Under the pieces are notes generated by a model. That model ran no database searches. It had not been told where the DNA came from and saw only the letters and a list, made by a program, of their open reading frames with translations. 64,000 nt of DNA from contig CAZNTG010000009.1 in assembly GCA_964575955.1 (NCBI GenBank), positions 82,404 through 146,403 on the forward strand, in the 5' to 3' direction. The translations under genes and the position numbers were made by a program. Source of the DNA: an uncultured Thermoproteaceae archaeon (lineage in GTDB: Archaea; Thermoproteota; Thermoprotei; Thermoproteales; Thermocladiaceae). Positions 40,091 to 50,691 of the stretch are shown piece after piece; the stretch's first letter is position 1; the number at the start of each line of letters is the position of its first letter.

Positions 40091-42328
40091 CTATGTTGGA
40101 GATACGTATATATGCATTAGATTTAGTGTATGCCAGAATCCGAAGTAGTTTGGTACTAGTCCACTAACCTTCGGATTTACAACATATATACCATTGACAG
40201 CTGCTAACCATACTCTAACTGCCTGTAGTGTACAGTAGTAGACAGACCAGTAGTATAGTTCTGCACGCTGTTTCAAACTCTTAAACTTTCCATTAGCTAG
40301 ATCATACGTTGCCTTGTATAGTGACATGTGTAGTTGTGGTATGTATATCTTAGATGCATTATACTGCCAATATCCTGGAACACCCCAGCCAGGCATTAAG
40401 CTATCTAGTGCACAGAAGTCGTATGGATTAGCATCATGATACTTCTCTATCTCTGTATCAATCCAACCTTCAGTATATATCATCCATTTCATATCTGCAG
40501 GATTTGAACTATATACAATACGGTAGGCATCTCTACCAGTTATAAGTTTATCAATTACTTCAAATCCAAGTTTCTGTAATATTGATTCTACATATGCTCC
40601 AATAACCTTTCTCTGATCTTCCATTCTTCTAGCAACAATAATCTTCACAGGTACAAGCTTACCTCCAGTTGCGTTAAGTGGACAGTACCACTTACCATTC
40701 TTGTAGATGTATCCATGCTCTTTCAATGTTTTGAATATCAATTCCTTACCATATGTGAAGTTATATGTTAATCCTAGCTTATATATTATAGGTTCTACAA
40801 TCTTGTAATCAGCAGAGTACTGTGGTGGTAATGCTACGAAGTATATTGGCTCTGCATATCCTAGATAGATTTCCTTCACAATATACTTCCTATTAATTAG
40901 GAAGTTGAATGCGTATCTCACAGCCGCATACTCAAATGGGTTACAGTATATTCCATGTGCTTTAGCTTCTGAATCTGGTGGTGCTGGATTGAATAGTAGA
41001 TCAACATATCCATTACCTAGAACGTATGCTTTCAGGTAGTTTCCATAACCCTCAGTCTGTAACTTAGAAGCTATTGATGGTGGAATATTCCATAAGTATC
41101 CTGTTAATATACCCTTAATAACCTCTTCAGGAGCTTTCTCACTTGGAACCTGCTCTATAGTTATGACCTTGTACTTCCATACTTCATCAGGCACTGTCTT
41201 AACATTTAGATGCATTATCGTGTTCAATATGTAATCGAAAGTCTTTCCATGAATTGGATATTTAGGCCATGTTTTAAGTATTAGAGCTCTCTCAGATACA
41301 TATACTCTATCAATCATGTAATATCCATCTCCAATCCATCCATGTCCATGAGTCTTTATGAAGTCAATTACAAGTCTATAATCTCTAGATGCTTCACTTG
41401 GAGTTACTGCTCCAAGAATCTTCTTCCAACTCTCAGGTGCATTCTTTATTGCTGGTGGTATAGCACCACTACTTGCCAACTTCTCAAGCATTGGTATTAG
41501 ATACTTTGAAAGTTCTTTACTATCCTTCAAATCTATACATGGAATATTCTTAGCAGATGCTACCTGCTCTGTAAGTGCAACTTTTCCTTCACCAGCAAGC
41601 ATTTCTAAAGCATACATCTCAGACCATGGAAGTGATGGCCATAATATTGCATTCATAACAATCTTGCCATAGTATGGATGTGTGTAGTTTACATAAACTA
41701 TGAATGCCGTCTTATTGATCACGTTAATAGCTTTAACAATAGGTAGAAAGCTTGGTCCAATCATTGACGCATATGCTGGATCGTAAAATGTCTGATTTGG
41801 AGTCCACTTCTTAGTCCACTCCCAATTTATATAGTACATGTATATTATATCCCATAGAGTTTCAGTCTGATTATCTTGCCATGTACCAAGCTTACAGTTA
41901 AATACAACAGCATTTAATGCTGTACCATTAACCTTAACCCAACGCATATACTTTCCATTCCATGCATAGCCATTAATCTTCAAAGGTCCACGAATAACCT
42001 TAAACGTACATTGAAATGGTACGACATCACCAGTTTTTGGATTTCTAACAACAGGAATACCATTGACAGGACTTAGAATAATGTAGTCATAAATCCATGC
42101 ATTAACAGCAACATTCCAAGGATTCCACTCTACAGTCCAAGGCATCAATGTTCCAAAAGTCATCTTCTCAAGCTTTGGAGAAATTACAGGCTTTGTAGGT
42201 TTCACAGGTTTTGTAGGCTTTACAGGTGTTACAGGTGGTCTATGTGACATAGCATACCAAGCTGCAACACCTATAACTATTATAGCAATAACTACACCAA
42301 CTATAATTCCAACTACCTTCTTAGACAT
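40091..42328 (-). CDS. Family 5 ABC substrate-binding protein, membrane-anchored
   Basis: N-terminal TM plus Pro/Thr linker; NPFEYAAVRYAFNFLINR, YTEGW, MPGWG; upstream of opp permeases. Confidence 0.9.
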   Translation of the reverse strand: MSKKVVGIIVGVVIAIIVIGVAAWYAMSHRPPVTPVKPTKPVKPTKPVISPKLEKMTFGTLMPWTVEWNPWNVAVNAWIYDYIILSPVNGIPVVRNPKTGDVVPFQCTFKVIRGPLKINGYAWNGKYMRWVKVNGTALNAVVFNCKLGTWQDNQTETLWDIIYMYYINWEWTKKWTPNQTFYDPAYASMIGPSFLPIVKAINVINKTAFIVYVNYTHPYYGKIVMNAILWPSLPWSEMYALEMLAGEGKVALTEQVASAKNIPCIDLKDSKELSKYLIPMLEKLASSGAIPPAIKNAPESWKKILGAVTPSEASRDYRLVIDFIKTHGHGWIGDGYYMIDRVYVSERALILKTWPKYPIHGKTFDYILNTIMHLNVKTVPDEVWKYKVITIEQVPSEKAPEEVIKGILTGYLWNIPPSIASKLQTEGYGNYLKAYVLGNGYVDLLFNPAPPDSEAKAHGIYCNPFEYAAVRYAFNFLINRKYIVKEIYLGYAEPIYFVALPPQYSADYKIVEPIIYKLGLTYNFTYGKELIFKTLKEHGYIYKNGKWYCPLNATGGKLVPVKIIVARRMEDQRKVIGAYVESILQKLGFEVIDKLITGRDAYRIVYSSNPADMKWMIYTEGWIDTEIEKYHDANPYDFCALDSLMPGWGVPGYWQYNASKIYIPQLHMSLYKATYDLANGKFKSLKQRAELYYWSVYYCTLQAVRVWLAAVNGIYVVNPKVSGLVPNYFGFWHTLNLMHIYVSPT
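42186..42235 (-). repeat. Imperfect 18-bp tandem repeat encoding a (PVKPTK)n linker
   Basis: acaggctttgtaggtttc / acaggttttgtaggcttt / acagg; protein PVTPVKPTKPVKPTKPV. Confidence 0.7.
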
Positions 42329-42388
42329 ATGTTAATTTTATAACTATTGCGTAATTATTAAGTATTATTATCGAGTTAATATTCCAAA

Positions 42389-42586
42389 ATGAAGAGTAGC
42401 ATAAATCTAAAACAAACTGCAATTGCCATAATTATAGCTATAATCGGCACAATAATAAGTTATGTAGGAGGTTATATTTACGAAAATCTTACCATAAGCA
42501 TTATAGGAGCTATAATTGCTCTAGTAGGAGTTTTCTTAATAATTAAGGAAATGATTAAAATATTAATGCCACCAATAGAGGAGTAG
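42389..42586 (+). CDS. Small 2-TM membrane protein
   Basis: Two hydrophobic helices; fills the gap before thg1. Confidence 0.6.
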   Translation: MKSSINLKQTAIAIIIAIIGTIISYVGGYIYENLTISIIGAIIALVGVFLIIKEMIKILMPPIEE

Positions 42587-42608
42587 TTAAGATAAAAATT
42601 AAGAAAAT

Positions 42609-43337
42609 ATGGATAGGTGTACAATATCAACTCTAGTTGGAATTCCTATAGGAACTCTATATAGAAAGTATAAGAGTAGAGAGATTGTTAAGTCAATACT
42701 AGAACTTCCAATAATATTAAGGTTAGATGGTGTTAAATTTGGAAAATTGTTAAGAAATTTTGAAAGACCTAGAGATAGGAGAGTTCATGATGTGCTTATA
42801 GAAGCTGCAATTGAAATATTGAAATTTATGGGTGCAGATATTGCATATGTAGTTTCAGATGAGATAAATATTATATTTGTAAGAAATCTACCATATGGAG
42901 GTAGGTATTTCAAATTAACATCAATATCGGCATCAATAGCATCATCAACAGCATCTATAAGACTTGGATTAAAACTATACTTTGACTCTAGAGTAGTCAA
43001 AGTATATGATATAAATGAGATTGTAGAATATCTACTATATAGAGCTAGAGTTGGAATGAATAACTATCTATCAAGTCTATGCTATATTGATGGTATAGTT
43101 GGTGAATATACACCAAACATAGAGGAACTTCTAATATACGTACTATGGAGACATAGAGATAAGTTAGATAATTGGAAAATCTTTGGATCAATAATATATA
43201 AAGAGAAGATTGTTAAGAAGTGTATTGACAAGTTATCAGGTAGAGAAGTTCAAGTTTATAGAAAGGTTTTGAAGATATGTGAATTCTCCATACAGGAACT
43301 TATGAAAGCTATTGAGAATATTCGCGATATATCATAA
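42609..43337 (+). CDS. thg1: Thg1-like 3'-5' nucleotidyltransferase (tRNA-His guanylyltransferase family)
   Basis: RLDG..F, SDEI, GGR..KL.S, FDSRV motifs. Confidence 0.88.
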   Translation: MDRCTISTLVGIPIGTLYRKYKSREIVKSILELPIILRLDGVKFGKLLRNFERPRDRRVHDVLIEAAIEILKFMGADIAYVVSDEINIIFVRNLPYGGRYFKLTSISASIASSTASIRLGLKLYFDSRVVKVYDINEIVEYLLYRARVGMNNYLSSLCYIDGIVGEYTPNIEELLIYVLWRHRDKLDNWKIFGSIIYKEKIVKKCIDKLSGREVQVYRKVLKICEFSIQELMKAIENIRDIS

Positions 43338-43983
43338 CAACATCATTTAAATATCCTCTACGTATGTAGGGAAAATATATTATAATTCTCAACTTGTTAG
43401 ATTTAACATGTTCAATCTCTTCAATAATCTCTAACTTACTATACATGTGGTAAAATCTTTCAACCTTCCTATCTAGACTCCACGACCAATATACTATATA
43501 GTCATTATCTCTTAATTTTAAACATCTCAATTTTTCAACATTTTCCACTCTCCACACAGTGATTAGTACAGCATTTCTAGATATTCTAACAAGCTCTCTA
43601 ATACTTTCAATCCTCCATTCTCTAGTAGGTATGTGGTGTAGTGTTGCTATACATGTAGCTATATCACATATAGAATTTCTTAATGGTAGATATCTAATAT
43701 CTGAATTAACTATATCTAATCTGGAGTCATTATTTAGAAGATTTTTTAATTGTTTCAACATTTCTAGAGAAATGTCAATACCTACATATTGTCTTCTACA
43801 CTTTCTAGATATTGCTAATGCATTTGCTCCACAACCACATCCAACATCAACTATCTTATCTACATTATCAGGTATTAATCTTAAAATTTCATACCATTCA
43901 TCTCTTCTAGATTTATTAAATATTTTAGATATCTTATCAAAACTTTCTTTAACTTTCCTTATAATCTCCTGATTGTTTATCAT
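43309..43983 (-). CDS. Class I SAM methyltransferase, Trm9/ALKBH8-like
   Basis: DVGCGCG, IATLHHIP, LITVW, RFYH. Confidence 0.75.
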   Translation of the reverse strand: MINNQEIIRKVKESFDKISKIFNKSRRDEWYEILRLIPDNVDKIVDVGCGCGANALAISRKCRRQYVGIDISLEMLKQLKNLLNNDSRLDIVNSDIRYLPLRNSICDIATCIATLHHIPTREWRIESIRELVRISRNAVLITVWRVENVEKLRCLKLRDNDYIVYWSWSLDRKVERFYHMYSKLEIIEEIEHVKSNKLRIIIYFPYIRRGYLNDVVMIYREYSQ

Positions 43984-44380
43984 ATTCTTTAACTTCTCTT
44001 AACCAGGATATCTTATCTATATCTAGAGATTTTCCAAACTTAAACACGTTGATTACATTCCACATCATTAATGCTGCAATAACGTGTTTACACATCTTCT
44101 TTCTATACATAGATGCTTCACATGTACATTTATATCCATATATTCCAACTGTGACATAGTAGTACTGGTTTGGTCTAGTCTCTGATGGTATTCTAATTCT
44201 AATTCCCTGTATTTCTCCATCTTCAATCTTTATATCAATAATCTCTGCTAACCTTGCAAGATTTAGAGAATCTAAAACTCTTTCAATCCTAACACCTAGA
44301 ATTGATGCTAACCTAACAGCAAACTCTCTAATACCTTTCCCAATCTCCCTAGTAATTTCTAGAAGATCTTTCTCACTCAC
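43949..44380 (-). CDS. SWIM zinc-finger protein
   Basis: CTC-X8-CKH. Confidence 0.8.
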   Translation of the reverse strand: MSEKDLLEITREIGKGIREFAVRLASILGVRIERVLDSLNLARLAEIIDIKIEDGEIQGIRIRIPSETRPNQYYYVTVGIYGYKCTCEASMYRKKMCKHVIAALMMWNVINVFKFGKSLDIDKISWLREVKEYDKQSGDYKES

Positions 44381-44489
44381 TCAACTAAACTTTCAGTCTA
44401 CACTATTTAAAAAGAGTTCACCTACATGTACTGACACTATATGTGAAAACTATGTAACACAGATATTTTAGATATATACAACAAATACC

Positions 44490-45671
44490 ATGGTTAAGAT
44501 AGAGCTAACGACAGACATAGTACACTACTTTCAATGCAATATGTGTGGAGCATGTTGTAAAGGTAGTGTAGAACTAACACCTGAAGAATTTGAAAAAATT
44601 AGAAGTATAAGTAAGAAGCTAGGCATTAGAGTACCAATAGAAGTTAGAGATTACATATTCACTATAAAGATAATAATGAAACCTGTAGAAGATGAACAGG
44701 GTGAGAGATGGTGTATATTTTTGAAAAGAGAGAAAGATAAGGCAATATGTACAATATATGAAGATAGACCAACATTTTGTAGACTATATCCACTATATAT
44801 AGGATATTCAAAAGAAAATGATACAATATATGTAGATATTGTACATTGTCCAAACATGAAGCATGTAGAAGTTGAAAATTTTATAAAACTAGATAGAGAA
44901 AATGTTCAAAAGATAGTACATGAAATTGTAGAAAAAAATCCTCAAATTCTGGATGTAGTTCCTGATCTAGATAGAACATCTGTAATATTTGATCTAGGTG
45001 ATAAAGCTATAATAACTAAACTATACAAGAAGTATAACATAATTAGAGAGATAAATAGAAAATTGTTAAATAAGTTAAGTTTTAAATGTTCAATATTAGA
45101 GTTTTTAGAAAATATGTTTAATATAGAGTCAAGTATTAGAGAACTATCTATGAAGTATATGAGAGAAGGTTTGAAAGATTTCAATATTGAAAATATTATT
45201 TCTCAACTTTTTGATAAATTAAGTGAGTATAGATATGGTAAGTCTGATGTTATTAATAATATGAAGGTTATGACTAGAGATATGGGTTTAGCTGTTGATG
45301 AAGATATGTATATTATTCATGATATGATATCTCTTAAAAGTAAGCTTGTTAGAATTGATGTTGAAGATATTTTAAATTGTAGAATTTGTGAGCTCTACCC
45401 ATACATACAGGAACTTGTAGATAGATTTCCAATATTCAACCAGGTATACTACCTACCTCTCGAAATATTCTACACTCACGGTATGATACCTATTGTAGTG
45501 CTTGTAAGTATATACTACATAGCATTGAGAAGCTATAGGTCAAGTGATGAAATTTATGCATGTATAGACATGGGTGGATTACCCTACATTTTCAAGTATG
45601 TTGGTACTCTTGTCAAACTTTCTTACACTTCTTATTCTCAAGATAGTTGGAGAAGATTTGTAGAAATCTAA
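44490..45671 (+). CDS. YkgJ/CxxCxxCC cysteine-cluster protein with long C-terminal extension
   Basis: CNMCGACC, CIFL, CTIYEDRPTFCRLYP, HCP. Confidence 0.8.
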   Translation: MVKIELTTDIVHYFQCNMCGACCKGSVELTPEEFEKIRSISKKLGIRVPIEVRDYIFTIKIIMKPVEDEQGERWCIFLKREKDKAICTIYEDRPTFCRLYPLYIGYSKENDTIYVDIVHCPNMKHVEVENFIKLDRENVQKIVHEIVEKNPQILDVVPDLDRTSVIFDLGDKAIITKLYKKYNIIREINRKLLNKLSFKCSILEFLENMFNIESSIRELSMKYMREGLKDFNIENIISQLFDKLSEYRYGKSDVINNMKVMTRDMGLAVDEDMYIIHDMISLKSKLVRIDVEDILNCRICELYPYIQELVDRFPIFNQVYYLPLEIFYTHGMIPIVVLVSIYYIALRSYRSSDEIYACIDMGGLPYIFKYVGTLVKLSYTSYSQDSWRRFVEI

Positions 45672-45881
45672 AACTATACTATTAATGAAGTACTTCCATC
45701 TTAACAAATTTCCAACCTTTATACTATCTCTAACATACTTCTTATCTAGTCTAAGACCAATACCACAGTTTGGACATTGTACTTCTACATACTTCTCAGT
45801 TTCTATTAGAATTAAGTTTGTACTTCTGCAGATATTGCATTTTCTATCTAGAACTATCTTCAGCATCAGGATTATATTCAC
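45579..45881 (-). CDS. Small zinc-ribbon protein; start perhaps ATG at 45866
   Basis: CNIC...CPNCG; follows the IMPase gene on the same strand; 3' end overlaps the convergent gene. Confidence 0.5.
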   Translation of the reverse strand: MNIILMLKIVLDRKCNICRSTNLILIETEKYVEVQCPNCGIGLRLDKKYVRDSIKVGNLLRWKYFINSIVLDFYKSSPTILRIRSVRKFDKSTNILENVG

Positions 45882-45927
45882 GTATACGGGTTATATATCT
45901 TTAGTCTTTAACTATCTCATAAGTGCA

Positions 45928-46770
45928 TTAAAAGTTTCGGAGTACTCTATCGAAGATCTTCAATAGTCGCCTAGTAGTTTCATCATCTCTAGATAGTATG
46001 AAGCTTAATCTAGGAAGTTCTAATATCTTTCTATCTCCAATATCTCTACCTCTAAGATCTAGAACATGAGCATTTAGAACTTTAGCACATACATAGCTTG
46101 CTGATATATCAACAACTCTCAACTTGTCTCTAATATCTATAAAACCTAGAAATTTTCCTAACAATGTCTGCATCATCTCGATACTTGCAGCACCAAAAAT
46201 TCTTACTTTAACTTCAGGAAATTCTCTCCAAAATTCATCAAGAAATTTCAACATTAACTCTCTATTCCTAGGCTCTGTATATAGTACGAAACTAGGTTTT
46301 TCATGAGGATACTCAGTATACATTATGTCATTTCCCTCAATCTTAAACGTGTTTGAGTTAGAGTCAGATATGTACATAACTTCACGTGGAACATAGTTAA
46401 CTATACCAACTTCTAAATCTCTAATTAGCATATTCTGACCTTTATACAATCCTGATGCTATAGATATACTGTAGAATGGTAGATTTGATACAAAATTTGC
46501 AGAGCCATCTAATGGATCTACAACAAATATATACTTAGGGTTAGTATTACCAATCTTAACAATTCCATGCTCTTCGCATATAACTATACAATCTATATCT
46601 CTACTCTTCAACTCTTCAATAATCATATTCTCAATGTCTAGATCAATCTTTCTAGTAACATCATCTCTAGACTTAGAAACAATTGAAATACTTTCAGGAC
46701 TTGGAATAGACTTTCTAAGATAATCACCAACTTTCCTAGCTATGTTGAGAGTAAGTTCTAGTAAGTCCAT
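45928..46770 (-). CDS. Inositol monophosphatase / FBPase family
   Basis: ICEE, VDPLDGSANF, RIFGAAS, RVVDISA. Confidence 0.9.
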   Translation of the reverse strand: MDLLELTLNIARKVGDYLRKSIPSPESISIVSKSRDDVTRKIDLDIENMIIEELKSRDIDCIVICEEHGIVKIGNTNPKYIFVVDPLDGSANFVSNLPFYSISIASGLYKGQNMLIRDLEVGIVNYVPREVMYISDSNSNTFKIEGNDIMYTEYPHEKPSFVLYTEPRNRELMLKFLDEFWREFPEVKVRIFGAASIEMMQTLLGKFLGFIDIRDKLRVVDISASYVCAKVLNAHVLDLRGRDIGDRKILELPRLSFILSRDDETTRRLLKIFDRVLRNF

Positions 46771-46825
46771 ATATCAAGACAGAATAGAGAAGTATAAATA
46801 ACAAATACCATAGTAGACGAATGAG

Positions 46826-46874
46826 ATGATGATCACGCTGGTAGCAGAGAGATGAAGAGGGTCAGAGATCCTGA
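46826..46874 (+). ncRNA. C/D-box guide sRNA (convergent pair, left)
   Basis: ATGATGA-tcacgctggtag-CAGA-gag-ATGAAGA-gggtcagagatc-CTGA. Confidence 0.88.
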
Positions 46875-46881
46875 ATTTATA

Positions 46882-46931
46882 TCAGCCGGTACGTGAATTC
46901 TTCATATTTCCGTTTCGGGAGCTTTCATCAT
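46882..46931 (-). ncRNA. C/D-box guide sRNA (convergent pair, right); C box contains the upstream stop codon
   Basis: ATGATGA-aagctcccgaaa-CGGA-aat-ATGAAGA-attcacgtaccgg-CTGA. Confidence 0.85.
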
Positions 46932-47641
46932 TCTAGATATTGATCTGGATTTCTCCATATTGGTGCTAGGTGTGGTGCTATGTAGTACTCATTTATTACT
47001 TTAACATCTAGTTTTTCAAAATCTCTAATTGCAATGTTGCAGTACATTATTAATCCAAGCTTATTCAACTCTACTACTGCAATTTCAAGTTTCTTCATAT
47101 CTACTTCATCTCCATAGACCTCTTTCAATCTATCCTTATAGTGTTCTCCTAGCCATTTCTCATCAAATGTTATGAAGCTTGTACTCATCAATTCTCTATC
47201 TAATGCCATAATTCTGATTAACCTCTTAGCATAATCGCTCAATCCCTTAATCCTATACTTGATATTTTCTACATGTGGTCTACATAGCTCTTCATTTTCT
47301 GAAAAATACCATAGTAGAAACATGTTTATAAGTTGATGCATCTTTACAACATTATTACCAACCTTAATACTAACTCTTAATGGTTCTTTATCAATATTTG
47401 AAATTCCAAGTTTTTCAAGTAGTTTCTTAGCAATATTATTCCACTTCTCTCTAAAATCTTTAAGACCTAGTGAGAAGTATATTACATAGTGCTTATATAC
47501 GCACATATCTATACAGTGTAGTGCTATCCATGCTTTATCGAAGTGTATTAGTAAATTCTTCTTAACAAACTCCTCCTCAAATAACTGTGTAAACGTTCTG
47601 TAGAGATCCTTCAATTCTTCAACACTGTACGACTTCTCCAT
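46928..47641 (-). CDS. Hypothetical protein, possible C-terminal wHTH
   Basis: 237-aa ORF with native codon usage; ELNKLGLI helix. Confidence 0.6.
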   Translation of the reverse strand: MEKSYSVEELKDLYRTFTQLFEEEFVKKNLLIHFDKAWIALHCIDMCVYKHYVIYFSLGLKDFREKWNNIAKKLLEKLGISNIDKEPLRVSIKVGNNVVKMHQLINMFLLWYFSENEELCRPHVENIKYRIKGLSDYAKRLIRIMALDRELMSTSFITFDEKWLGEHYKDRLKEVYGDEVDMKKLEIAVVELNKLGLIMYCNIAIRDFEKLDVKVINEYYIAPHLAPIWRNPDQYLE

Positions 47642-47738
47642 CTACAACACCTATCTGCCTGTCAAATTCAAAAATATTCTCATCAATATAGAGATGGCAC
47701 ATGTATATATAAAAGTGTTCTAGACATAGTATCTAGAT

Positions 47739-49565
47739 GTGTGTGGCATAGTTGGTATTGTGTGTGAAAATGTTGAACCTATAGGTAAGATGTTGAGAAG
47801 ATGTTTAGAGAGGTTAGAATATAGAGGATATGATTCTGCAGGTATTGCAATTATAGATTCAACAGGAACGTTAATAATCAGGAAAGGTAAGGGAAAGATT
47901 GCTGAACTAAATAGAAAATTGAAATTTGATGAAGTATATGGAAAGATAGGTATTGGACATACTAGATGGGCAACACATGGAAAACCTAGTGATGAAAATG
48001 CACATCCACATTTCGACTGTACTAGGAGTATAGCAGTTGTACATAATGGAATTATTGCAAATTATCTAGAAATTAGAGAGAAGTTAGAATCTTCTGGACA
48101 TAGATTTACAAGTGAGACAGATACTGAAGTAATTGCACATCTTGTAGAAGAATATTCAAAGAGGTATGAAGTATTTGAAGCATTTAAAAAAGCAATTCAA
48201 GATATTGAAGGTACATATGCCATAGCATTAATAACAAGTCTAGATAGTAGTAAACTATTTTTTGCAAGACAGACATCACCACTAGTTGTAGGTATTGGAA
48301 ATGGAATGAACATAGTTGCTAGTGACATACCTGCAGTACTAGAATATACAAACAGGATAATAGTATTAAAGGATGGTGAGGTAGGATATGTAACACCTAG
48401 AGAAGTATATATTGAACGTGATGGAAAAGTTGTAGATTGGAAAGAACGTGTTAGAGTAATATCATGGAGTCTAGATATGGCTAGTAAGGGTGGATATCCA
48501 CACTTCATGCTTAAAGAAATTCATGAACAACCACTTGCACTATCAAATACTCTTAGTGGTATTGAGATGGAGAATATTAGAGAAATATGTATGCAATTGT
48601 TGAAGGCTGATAGAATATTTATAACAGGTGCAGGAACATCATACCATGCAGGACTTGTAGGCGAGTATCTACTTTCAGAACTTGCACAAATACCTGTAAA
48701 TACCTTCATAGCTTCTGAATATAGGAAGTATGTTAATGTTGCTACAGATAGATCAATATTAATAGCAATATCACAGTCAGGTGAGACTATAGATACATTA
48801 ATGGCTGTTAGAGCATTTAAGAGTAGAGGTTGTAAAGTTGTTGCAATTTCGAATGTTGTTGATAGTACAATACCTAGAGAATCTGACAATGTGATATATA
48901 CACGTGCAGGTCCTGAGATTGGTGTTGCAGCTACTAAGACATTTACAACACAGATAATGGTACTTACAGTACTATCATTAACACTTGCATATCTTAGAGA
49001 ATCTCTATCAGAGTATGAATATAAAATGCTTATGAGAGAACTTCAAAATATTCCAAATATTGTAGAAACTATAATTAGAATACACGAACCTAGATGTATA
49101 ACACTTGCAAGATATATGAAAAATAAGACTAACGCATTCTACCTAGGTAGGGGTCTAGGTGTACCAATAGCTATGGAAGGTGCTTTAAAGTTGAAAGAGA
49201 TCGCATATATACATGCAGAATCATATCCAGCAGGTGAGAGTAAGCATGGACCAATAGCACTTGTTGAACGTGACTTTCCAGTACTTTTCGTAGTTCTAGA
49301 TGACTACTATGTTGATGCTATTGTTGGAAATGTTATGGAGATGAAAGCTAGAGATGCATATACTATAGCTCTAGTACCGAAGAAGTATAGTTTGAAATTT
49401 GGTAAATTGTGTGACTATATTATAGATATGCCAAATATTGATTATAGACTTGCACCAATACCATACATAGTACCACTACAACTACTTGCATATTACACAT
49501 CTGTGATGCGTGGTCTAGATCCTGATAAGCCTAGAAATCTTGCAAAGACTGTAACTGTAGAGTGA
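47739..49565 (+). CDS. glmS: Glutamine--fructose-6-phosphate aminotransferase
   Basis: MCGIVG, EYRGYDSAG, GHTRWATHG, SQSGET, DKPRNLAKTVTVE. Confidence 0.98.
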   Translation: MCGIVGIVCENVEPIGKMLRRCLERLEYRGYDSAGIAIIDSTGTLIIRKGKGKIAELNRKLKFDEVYGKIGIGHTRWATHGKPSDENAHPHFDCTRSIAVVHNGIIANYLEIREKLESSGHRFTSETDTEVIAHLVEEYSKRYEVFEAFKKAIQDIEGTYAIALITSLDSSKLFFARQTSPLVVGIGNGMNIVASDIPAVLEYTNRIIVLKDGEVGYVTPREVYIERDGKVVDWKERVRVISWSLDMASKGGYPHFMLKEIHEQPLALSNTLSGIEMENIREICMQLLKADRIFITGAGTSYHAGLVGEYLLSELAQIPVNTFIASEYRKYVNVATDRSILIAISQSGETIDTLMAVRAFKSRGCKVVAISNVVDSTIPRESDNVIYTRAGPEIGVAATKTFTTQIMVLTVLSLTLAYLRESLSEYEYKMLMRELQNIPNIVETIIRIHEPRCITLARYMKNKTNAFYLGRGLGVPIAMEGALKLKEIAYIHAESYPAGESKHGPIALVERDFPVLFVVLDDYYVDAIVGNVMEMKARDAYTIALVPKKYSLKFGKLCDYIIDMPNIDYRLAPIPYIVPLQLLAYYTSVMRGLDPDKPRNLAKTVTVE

Positions 49566-49569
49566 TACT

Positions 49570-50691
49570 ATGTCTACACTAAAGGCAATATTGGTATATA
49601 GAGAGGCTAGTGAAGATATGAAAAAGTTTACAGATAATCCAATACCTACAATCTTTGGAAAATCAATATTAAAACATTATGTAGATATTCTAAGAGAGAG
49701 ATTTGACATATCTACAATATACCTATACACACCTGTAGAGTTTGAAATTTTTGAAAGTATTGAAAATGTCAACATACTCACAGATATTTCAAATATAGAG
49801 AAGGGTACATACATAATAATTCCACTAGACGTATATATTCCATCAGATGCATTAAACATACTAGTAAACTACTACACATCTATAGGTGTTGATGTTGTTG
49901 TTCTAGTAGCACCTTGTGAAAATGCTAAAAATATGCCAACACTAGATGTTGATACATCTACAGGAAAGATTATAGATATTGTAAGTGTAGATGAGGAGAG
50001 ACCTGACCTAGTACTTACAGGAATATACATTGCTGAACATGAGATTGCTAGAGAACTAGTAGTTAATGATTGGAGAGGTGTTCAGAAAGCTGTAAGATCA
50101 GGATTAAAGATTGATAAGACTTACTGGTCAGGTGAGTGGTGTAGAATTCAGACACCTTGGGATTTACTAGCACTTGCAAAAGCTACATTACTATCAGAGA
50201 GAGAGCCAGGATTATACATACATCCTAAAGCTAAGATAAGCACTAGAGCATCTATAGAAGTTAAGGAAGGTCCTGTAATAATTGATGAAAATGCATACAT
50301 AGATCATGATGTACTAATTAGAGGACCAGTATATATTGGTAAGAATGTCTATGTTGGATATGGATCACTTATAAGAAATTTCACAATTATTGAAGAATCA
50401 TCAGCTATAGGATCTAACGTAGATATTACAGAAAGTGTACTACTTAGAGAAGTAACAGTTGGTAGAGGATCGTACATAAGCTGTTCAGTTATTGGTGAAA
50501 AAGCAATACTAGAGCCAGGTGTAGTTACTAGAAGTGTAACAGGTAGAACATATAGAAGAGCTAAAGGTAGAGAGGTAGAGAAGAGAGGTTCTATAATTGG
50601 AGCAAATTCAAGAATTGGAGCATACACAGTACTAAGTCCAGGAAGATTTATAGAGAAAAATACAACAATAGAACCACTAACAAAACTATAA
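49570..50691 (+). CDS. Sugar-phosphate nucleotidyltransferase-like protein with left-handed beta-helix (GlmU/GMPP-like, divergent N-terminus)
   Basis: Hexapeptide repeats, GPVYIG, PWDLL; canonical LAAG.G motif absent. Confidence 0.7.
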   Translation: MSTLKAILVYREASEDMKKFTDNPIPTIFGKSILKHYVDILRERFDISTIYLYTPVEFEIFESIENVNILTDISNIEKGTYIIIPLDVYIPSDALNILVNYYTSIGVDVVVLVAPCENAKNMPTLDVDTSTGKIIDIVSVDEERPDLVLTGIYIAEHEIARELVVNDWRGVQKAVRSGLKIDKTYWSGEWCRIQTPWDLLALAKATLLSEREPGLYIHPKAKISTRASIEVKEGPVIIDENAYIDHDVLIRGPVYIGKNVYVGYGSLIRNFTIIEESSAIGSNVDITESVLLREVTVGRGSYISCSVIGEKAILEPGVVTRSVTGRTYRRAKGREVEKRGSIIGANSRIGAYTVLSPGRFIEKNTTIEPLTKL

